A stretch of DNA of 64,000 nucleotides from the human T2T-CHM13v2.0 reference genome, Homo sapiens. A program made the position numbers and the translations under genes. The stretch lies in assembly GCF_009914755.1 (NCBI RefSeq), contig NC_060932.1, one strand, 5' to 3'. The notes below the pieces were generated by a model, which did no database searches, was not told the DNA's origin, and was given only the letters and a program-made list of their open reading frames with translations. This document shows positions 56,020 through 64,000 of this stretch, piece by piece. Every line of letters starts with the position of its first letter. The stretch's first letter is position 1.

Positions 56020-57007
56020 CCTTCATGCTGAACATGCTCTGTATGCTCCTCCTGATTTGCTTATACCCTCTGCTGTGTTCCAAGAGACAGACTCAGGTGA
56101 CAGCATCAACAGGCTCCGCATGCCCCTGAGCTTCTGGCCAGGCTCAGCCCACGGGAGGCCCCAGATGAGACAGTGGAGAGTAGGGCCGCAGTGGTTGCTC
56201 CCCTGACCCTAGACTGCCAGGCTCTGCTCTGCTCTGCTCTGCTCTTCCCAAAGAGCCCAGCTGCCCTCTGGCAGCAGCTCCCCCATGCACCCCCTGTGGT
56301 AGCTCCCCCTACAGCAGCTCCCCCTGTAGCAGCTCCCCCCTGCACCCCCTGCAGCAGCTCCCCACATGCTCCCCCTGCAGCAGCTCCCCCTACAGCAGCT
56401 CCCTCCTGCAGCAGCTCCCTCCTGCAGCAGCTCCCTGCTGCACCCCCTGCATCCCCCGTGGTACCTCCCCCTACAGCAGCTCCCCCCATGCTCCCCCTGC
56501 AGCAGCTCCCCCTGCACCCCCTGCAGCAGCTCCCCCCTGAACCCCCTGTAGCAGCTCCCCCTATGCTCCCCCTACAGTAGCTCCCCCTGAAGCAGCTCCC
56601 CCTGCACCCCCGGTAGCAGCTCCCCCTGTAGCAGCCCCCCCCTGCAGCAGCTCCCCCTGCAACCCCTGTAGCAGCTCCCCCCGCACCCCCTGTAGCAGCT
56701 CCCCCCATACTCCCCCTGCAGCAGCTCCCCCCTGCACCCCCTGCAGCAGCTCCCCCAAAGCTCCCCCTGCAGTAGCTCCCCCCTGCAGCCCCTGCAGCAG
56801 CTCCCCACTTGTTTGGGTAACTGCTTCCTCTTGTCCTTCTACCTGGAGGGTCCAAAGTCCCCAGCTGCTGATAGCCCCAGGCTGCTTCCCATGCCTCCTG
56901 GGTTTCCCTTCACCACCCAGGTCCTTGGAAAGTCCCCTTTATTCAACTGTCCCCAGTTACCCCTCTGAGTGTGCTGCCTGTTTCCTGTGGGGACCCTGAC
57001 TGATACA
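56020..57007 (+). mobile_element. ERVL LTR (LTR33/LTR41-like) containing an expanded VNTR
   Basis: 3' terminus gagtgtgctgcctgtttcctgtggggaccctgactgataca; 5' boundary uncertain. Confidence 0.6.
56271..56806. repeat. C-rich VNTR built from cagcagctccccc(tg/ta/at)g and cacccc motifs
   Basis: Directly visible; mixed ~9/15/24-bp periods. Confidence 0.95.
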
Positions 57008-57959
57008 TCCATTAAAAGCCCCTTTCTTTTTCAGTTACTCCTCAGTTTGGGCCTTAAACCTGGCACATGCTGACCAGATTCCCTGAGGCTCAGGTGAGGT
57101 CAGCTCCTCCTACCAGGCAAACTCAGAGGTCATTACCTTCAAGACACCCATCCAGACTCTTCTCCACCTGCCTCTGCCCAGGCTGGCCTCAACACCTTGG
57201 CCGCCAGCTCCATGAGCACCCTAACCCCATGCTGTGCTCCTTGGTCACTTACTGTTGCTGCCTCTGGAACATGGTGGGGGGAAGCAGGAGCACAGAGAAC
57301 AACGTACATCCCCCACTCCCAGCCCCTTCCCTAACAGCACCTGGAACGAGGTGGGCACTCAGCGACAGCTGCACTGATGCCCGTGAGCAGAGCAAGACGC
57401 CCAGAGCAGGTCTCCCTAAGATACAAACCTGAGTGCATATGCTCACATTTCTCAGGGATGAGAGTCATTCATTCATTAAAAGAGTCCCAATGTGTGTATG
57501 AGGACAACATAGAACTTTCCTTCAAAATGGAGGTAAAGCAGAAAGGAAAGACACTGACAGCAGGATTTGCGACTCGCTGTTAAGAACAAGGCAAGATACT
57601 TTGTCCTGAAAAAGTGATCGGTGTGATAGATTAACATACAGAAAACAGTGGGCAGATAAAACTCCTTAAAATATTTATGGCTTTTGAGTGATTCTGAAAA
57701 GAGGCAAGCTCTCCCTGTATGCGCCAGCACACTCCATCAACAGGGACATTTTAATAAGGTGACTCCTGCAGGAGGCTCAGGCGCAGGCGCCATGGCAGGA
57801 CTTGGTGGTATGTTTCATAAAATATTCACAGCTTTCTCCAGAAAAGAACATCTTTGGGTAGCCCTTCTCCTTCATCAACTTGGCCACTTTCATAAACAGA
57901 GGAGGAATAATAATACTGACATGTCAACGGGAAGCTTTGGCTCGCCTTGCCTTGGGCAC

Positions 57960-58328
57960 GAGGAGAGTAATGGAGAATTCCAGACGATGGTGGGACAGGT
58001 GCAAGGAGAGTAATGGAGAATTCCAGACGATGGTGGGACAGGTGGGAGGAGAGTAATGGAGAATTCCAGACGATGGTGGGACAGGTGCGAGGAGAGTAAT
58101 GGAGAATTCCAGATGATGGTGGGACAGGTGCGAGGAGAGTAATGAAGAATTCCAGACGATGGTGGGACAGGTGTGAGGAGAGTAATGGAGAATTCCAGAC
58201 GATGGTGGGACAGGTGTGAGGAGAGTAATGGAGAATTCCAGACGATGGTGGGACAGGTGCGAGGAGAGTAATGGAGAATTCCAGACGATGGTGGACAGGT
58301 GTGAGAAGAGTAATGGAGAATTCCAGAT
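57960..58328. repeat. 43-bp minisatellite, ~8.6 copies
   Basis: gaggagagtaatggagaattccagacgatggtgggacaggtgc, starting at 57960, 58003, 58046 and so on. Confidence 0.97.
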
Positions 58329-58664
58329 AATGTCAGAGCTCCCGACCAGTAAGCCTCCATTTCATGTCAGGCACCAGGCTGGACGCTGGAGATGCATGAT
58401 TTTTCATCCTCTCAAGAGATCTATGAACTGTCCCCATCTTTACAGAAGAAACTGCAGGTCAGAGCCGGTGGGTTCGTCATTATCTCCTAGTCTCATAACA
58501 TCCTGTCAGATAGAATGGCCACATTCACAGGTGGAGACATTCTGCTTAGAGGCCCCTTTTAATAGGTGGCCTTGCAGATCATGAGCTGCAATTCAAACCC
58601 AGGTCTGTCTGGTTTGGGTTTGCATCATGCTATATCCTAGACATATCACTATTTTTTAATTTCC

Positions 58665-58826
58665 TTTTTTTTTTTTTTTGAAATGGAGTCTCGCTCTGTC
58701 ACCCAGTCTGAAGTGCAGTGGCGCAAACTCAGGTCACTGCAACCTCCGCCTCCTGGTTCAAGGGATTCTCCTACCTCAGCCTCCTGAGTAGCTGGGACTA
58801 CAGGCATGAGCCACTGCAGCCAGCCT
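58665..58826 (-). mobile_element. Monomer-length Alu (FRAM or arm-recombined Alu)
   Basis: Right-arm text ending directly in gagccactgcagccagcc. Confidence 0.85.
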
Positions 58827-60911
58827 AAATTCCTCTTTTCTTGACATCAAAAAAAAATTCTTCCACATAATTTTTCCTTTGCTTACTTATATATGAGAGA
58901 GCAGTTGGGAATTTCAGGGGTTGGAAATATGTCTAGTATTATGTGGGGAGCAGAGAGATTGGTGAAGAAAGTAAAGAGCACAGGCCCAGCAGTGACTTAT
59001 GTCCTGTGAAGTTTCGACAAATAGAACATAGTCCCCTGGACAGAGGGTGCTTCATTTCAGGGAGATTGACACAAGCAGCGCCATCCCAGGCAGCATGTGC
59101 TGCATCATGGGGAGGCTGAAGCCCACTCTCAAACTCATAGCGGCAGGGACGGTATTTCCAGCAGGACCATCAGGAAAGTGTCCAGAAGCAGGCAGCACAC
59201 AGAAGGTGGGCCTTTGAGAATGAAATGACACAGATGTTTGCCATCACTTACCATGGCAGGATGAACTGTTTTAAAACAGCAAAAATGTCGGGTGGTGATT
59301 TCTATGTCAAGGATGGGGAGAGAGACCACCCTTTCCCGGCTTCAGGGTTGCAGGAGCAGGCACCTGCCTGGCCACTCACTGCTCAGAGGGAGTCCTGGGC
59401 GTGGAGAAGTCAGGGAGGAGACGCCAGGCAGACTCAGCGGGGACCCTCCACTGTGAACCTGGGCTCTGCCTGTCCGTAGGAAGCAACTTCCACTTCCTAC
59501 GCCCCAAGTCACAAAGAGGCAGGTTCCTCAAGTTTTGGGGGATAAGTTCAAGTCCAGGGAGTCTCCGCAAGCCCATGTGAGTAGAACTGATCCACCGAAT
59601 TCTTCACTGCCAACTTGATGACTGGTGCACATACAGTTTTCACCTCCCAACCTTTAATTGGCCCTCAACTCAAAAGACCCTCTACATGTCCACATTAGAG
59701 TCCCTGACACAATCAAAGCCTGTGCAGCTGCACCCACGCTTCCCACTCGATCGGAAAGTCAGGCCTGCTCATCTGCGGAACTTCTGGCTCATTTATGTAA
59801 GAGCTGCCTCGAAGTCTCTGATCAGAATTGACTGCTTCCATAATCCCTCCCTAAGCCCTTCCTTTGAGTGAGGTGGCCTCTTGCATACTTCAACAGCACC
59901 CAGTATGCACCTCCAGTAGCATAGCTGGTAGCTGGTCTGAGTTCCTCACAAAACTCACTCTGCTTCCGAGCGGGGACTGTTATTCCTGTTTCCAATCCCC
60001 TCACCTAAACTAACACCTCCAGGTCAGAAGGCTGTCCTTACATTTGAGGAGTAAATGGAACACCACCCCCAGGCCATATATCCAGCGAGTCAGTCAACAA
60101 TGAATGTCTCTATGTGCCTAGTGATGGGTTCATAAGGACGAAAAGGACTGAAGAAAAAAAAAAAAAAAAAAAACCTCACAAAAGAAAATATTCCTAACAG
60201 CAACTGCTGACGTTGCAAAAGACACATGGTACTTTAGGCCCATGTAGTCCAAAGTAGAAATCTGATATCATAATGTCATTAATTTGACTGTTCTCTTCGA
60301 CAAAAATTTGAATTAAGCTTGATCAGAAAGATGACATTAATGTAGCCATCCTTGGCACCTGATGGTAAAATCTTTAATCCCAGCACAGGAAGGTATCATA
60401 ATAGGACCATCCGTCACCGATGCAATCATTTGATAATTGCTTTTAGGCCCTGGGTCCTTACATCCAAGACTTAAAGACAAAGAAGGAGGAAAGAGGTGAA
60501 GTGCCTGTGATTAGGAGAGCAAATATGTGGCACGTGAGGAGGAAGCATATGGGAGCGGGAGGGAGAACCGCAAAGCCTCCTCGGAAACAGAAAAAGTTTC
60601 TGTGAGAGGAAGGAAGTGAAAGGAGCCAAGAGACAAGAGGAGGGAGGGAACTGTCGATGATCCGGAATATGTGAGTAATAACATAGGACTCAATGAAAAA
60701 GATGCAATATCCACGGAATAATACATTCAATTAAGTTCAGTCAGGAGTCTGACTACCTCCTGAGAGCTGGGTCTGTGCTAGACCATGGAAGGAGAGAGAA
60801 GAATAAAGCAGGACACTTCCTGACTGAAGGAAGCCCACAATGTAAGCAAAGTAAAACTGCAGGTAATAAATGACAACAGAGTGTGCTAATTGAAGCAATA
60901 AAAAGTGCAGC

Positions 60912-61501
60912 CATGGGGAATTGGCTCCAGGAACCCCACAGACACCGAAATCCTTGATTCTCGAATTCTGGTATAAAATGGCACAGTATTTGCATGTCTA
61001 CTTACCCACATCCTCCCATGTAATTTAAATCAGGTCTAGGTTACTTACAACCTAATACAATGTAAGTGCTTTGTAAACAGTTGTTATAATGGTTTTTTTT
61101 TTTTTTTTAGATGGAGTCTTGCTCTGTCGCCCAGGCTGGAGTGCAGTGGCGTGATCTAGGCTCACTGCAACCTCTGCCTCCCAGGTTCAAGCAACTCTCT
61201 GCCTCAGCCTCCAGAGGAGCTGGGATTACAGGTTCCTGACACCACACCTGGCGAATTTTTTTGTATTTTTAGTAGAGACGGGGTTTCACCGTCTTGACCA
61301 GGCTGGTCTTGAACTCCTGACCTCATGATCCACCAGCCTTGGCCTCCCAAAGTGCTGGGATTACAGGCATGAGCCACCGCACCTGGCCATTATACTCTAT
61401 TTTTTTGGTTGTATTATTTTTTTTTCTCCAAATATTTTCAATCTATGGTTGCCTTGAATCTAAGGATGTGGAACCGGCAGATGCAGTAAGGCCCAGCTGT
61501 A
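60912..61501. mobile_element. MER2 (Tigger-type MITE) split by an Alu
   Basis: ggggaattggctccaggaacccc...gtataaaatggcacagtatttgca ... ggatgtggaaccggcagatgcag...cagctgta. Confidence 0.8.
61093..61388 (-). mobile_element. AluS inside MER2
   Basis: Poly-T followed by a reverse Alu. Confidence 0.95.
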
Positions 61502-62644
61502 GAGTGAATGCACAGAGCAGGGGCTGGATAATCACCTGGGACAAGCAGCCTGGCGAAGGGGAGAGCATACAGCCTTTGGAACCAGATTTGGGCTTAAAGG
61601 CTTGTTCCACACTTACGGGCTACGGGTCACTGAGGATGCTGTGCCCGGGGCCCTTGTTCTCCTTCCAAGGGCCAGTAATAGTCACCCTCCAAGGGACGGT
61701 GTGATGAGCGAATGTGACAGTGCTCGTGAACACCTATAAGACCACCTGGCGCACAACAGGTGCGGATTATGATTATTACTGGGGGAAGGAAAGACTGCAC
61801 AGAAGGCAGTGCCTGAGCACAAATCAGAAGGAGCTCACGAGCATAAAAGGTGAGGAAGGCTGTTCCCAGCAGAGGGGGCAGCAGGCACCTGGCAAAGAGG
61901 TGTGACAAAGAACAGTGAGCCCAGCAACTGCACGCAGGATATGAGGGGTCAGGGGAGAGGCAGGGGCAGGGTGTGTGTCTGTCTGATGGGCGAAGGGGGT
62001 AAATTTTTTATTCTTAAGGCAATGAGGAATAACGAAAAGGTTTAAAGTAGGGTGAGATGTGATCGTACCAGCATTATAGAAAGATCATGCTGGCAGCTAT
62101 CTGGAAGCTGGACAGGGTTTATTTTGCACCTGTTAAAAGAGTCCATGGCCAACTTTCGGAGGCAGGAAATTCATACCTAAAAGTAACGATTATCACTCCC
62201 CTAGAGGCACCAATTCTACATGTGACATGTTCTCTCCTTGTGAAATTTCAGAGGAATCCAGTTAAGCAGCCAACTAAGCACTCATTTTCTTCCTTTGAGA
62301 GAAGGTAAGACTTGTACAGAACCTGAGGGAAGATGATGAGTCATTTGTTTGGCATTGCCGTTATTTTATTGATGCTGATGCCTGTAATTTACAAATTTTA
62401 GGGGACCATTTTAAAGAGTCACATATATCTCTCTAGCACTAAAATTGATTCATGATGCTATTGTGTTTTAAAGACAATAAATGCTTGCTGTGGTTTTGAG
62501 AAGTAACCCCAGGCGCTGCCCACGTCTGGGGTACACACTTCTGGCAGCAGCGGACAAGCTAGAGAGAAGAGATCTATGGTTTCTCAGTCCAAAGGTACCG
62601 TAGAGGTTCCCTACAGGTGGGGCAGCAGCGACGGTGGGGCTGAA

Positions 62645-62784
62645 TAGGCGGAGTTCAGTGAGTAGGCGGAGTTCAGTAAGTAGGCGGAGTTCAGTGAGTA
62701 GGCGGAGTTCAGTGAGTAGGCGGAGTTCAGTAAGTAGGCGGAGTTCAGTGAGTAGGCGGAGTTCAGTGAGTAGGCGGAGTTCAG
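62645..62784. repeat. 18-bp minisatellite TAGGCGGAGTTCAGTRAG, ~8 copies
   Basis: Units start at 62645, 62663 ... 62771; the only variable base is R, in the order G,A,G,G,A,G,G. Confidence 0.98.
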
Positions 62785-63098
62785 GCTCTCCCACACCAAC
62801 CACCCAGATACAGCCAGAGCATCCGGCCACAGGCTGGATCCACACGAACAGGAGGAGGAGATGTCCTCTCACCTGAAGTTCTAACACCGCCCCATTCTGA
62901 CCCTTGAGCCAGTGGGGTACTGTGGGAAGAGAAGGGTCTCTGGAGTCTGAGAGTCTTACTGACTTAACTGTGCACACCATTTTGACACACTAAGACTCAG
63001 TTTCTCCATCTGTAAAGTGGAGATAATATGTTCTTTGTAGACTGGTGTAAGGATAAAAATGAGATGATACATGCAAAGTGCTCACCACACAGTAGTCA

Positions 63099-63510
63099 TG
63101 TCTTAGTCTATTTTGTGCTGGTGTAATAGAATACCTAAGACTGGGTAATTTATAAGGAAACAACAATAAGGTAATTTATAAGGAGCAACTGGCTCACAGT
63201 TCTGGAGGCTGGGAAGTCCAAGATCAAGGCTTTAGCAGGTGATGAGAGCCTGGTTTCTCTGCTTGCAAGATAGTACCTTGCATACTACATCCTCTGGAGA
63301 AGGACACGCTGGTTCCTCACATGACAGTAAGACAGAAGGGCCAAGAGAGCCCACTCCCCAAAGCTCTTTTATGAAAGCATTATGCCCACTCACAAGAGCG
63401 GAGCCCTCATGCCCTAATCACCTCTTAAAGGTCCCATCTCTTAACATTATTATACTGGCAATTAAATCTCAACGTGAGTTTTGGAGAGAACAAACATTCA
63501 AACCATAGCA
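63099..63510 (-). mobile_element. MST-family (MSTD-like) solo LTR inserted in a MIR
   Basis: tgtcttagtcta ... cattcaaaccatagca termini; flanks agtca/agaca (5-bp TSD with one mismatch). Confidence 0.88.
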
Positions 63511-64000
63511 AGACATATGATGGCAGCTTTTATTTAGTGCTGAGCAGTGAAAAAAATAAACATAGGAAGTGAGTGAGCCTCTAACATGCTGCGTAACAGA
63601 ACTCACTGAGCAGCAAAAGTAAGCTTGATGTTTTTTTCTCTTAAAGAGAATTTGGAAAATAAATTCTGATTCATCACTACAGTTACAAGATACAACATCA
63701 AATGCACATTGTCTAGAAAATAAAAAATAGATTTATCTCAAGCTAAAGAGCTTCAAAGACCAACAGTGCATTTGTAATTTACCTCTCATGACTGAACTAT
63801 ACCATTTACCTGCAACCACTAGGAATTTGAAGTCATAACTGTGTAACTAATTTAGAGCTTACAAAGTCCATACAAATATATTTTCTCATTTACACCTCAT
63901 AAACTCTATGAGATGGTCACTATTAATCCCATTTAAATCAGAAACCAAGATTTGCTCCAGGCAAAGCTCCATGAGATGCACGTGGGTGGCGCTTTGATAC

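Noticed and set aside
56106-56855. 249-aa Gly/Cys-rich ORF resembling keratin-associated/LCE proteins (and Pro/Ala-rich ORFs on the other strand)
   Set aside because: It is simply the translation of the VNTR inside an LTR. It starts at a non-ATG codon, several frames are open on both strands, and there is no promoter or polyA context.
57960-58328. CRISPR-like array
   Set aside because: Units are contiguous with no unique spacers; eukaryotic context with no cas genes.
62468-62980. ORF with (ELRLLT)n repeats
   Set aside because: Translation of the 18-bp VNTR; open simply because 18 is divisible by 3; non-ATG start.

Overview
Primate (very probably human) non-coding genomic DNA, either intronic or intergenic. 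I recognise no protein-coding exon and treat the ORF track as spurious (repeat-derived or chance). Much of the window is decayed transposable elements: L1, L2/MIR, at least 16 Alus, THE1/MST/MLT2/LTR33-like solo LTRs, and Tigger1, MER2, MER20 and MER81. The stand-out structure is a ~3.5-kb CpG-rich, internally graded tandem array (~43,100-46,620). Its period shifts from ~57-bp monomers to ~93-96-bp dimers to a 71-bp x3 variant. It carries 14 copies of the ZFP57 hexamer TGCCGC and many TGACG half-CRE sites. It abuts a canonically spaced CCAAT/GC-box/Inr promoter that points leftwards (minus strand) into the array. This architecture suggests a repeat-headed lncRNA and/or an imprinting-control-like (germline DMR) element; that is inference, not demonstrated. 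Other oddities are an 18-bp VNTR made of tandem GTRAGT splice donors, a 43-bp VNTR, a G-rich VNTR inside an ERVL LTR, a ~270-bp local duplication pasted into an L2, a template-switch-like palindrome in a THE1 LTR, and several homeodomain-motif-rich candidate enhancers. TE subfamily names come from recalled consensus sequences and boundaries are approximate.
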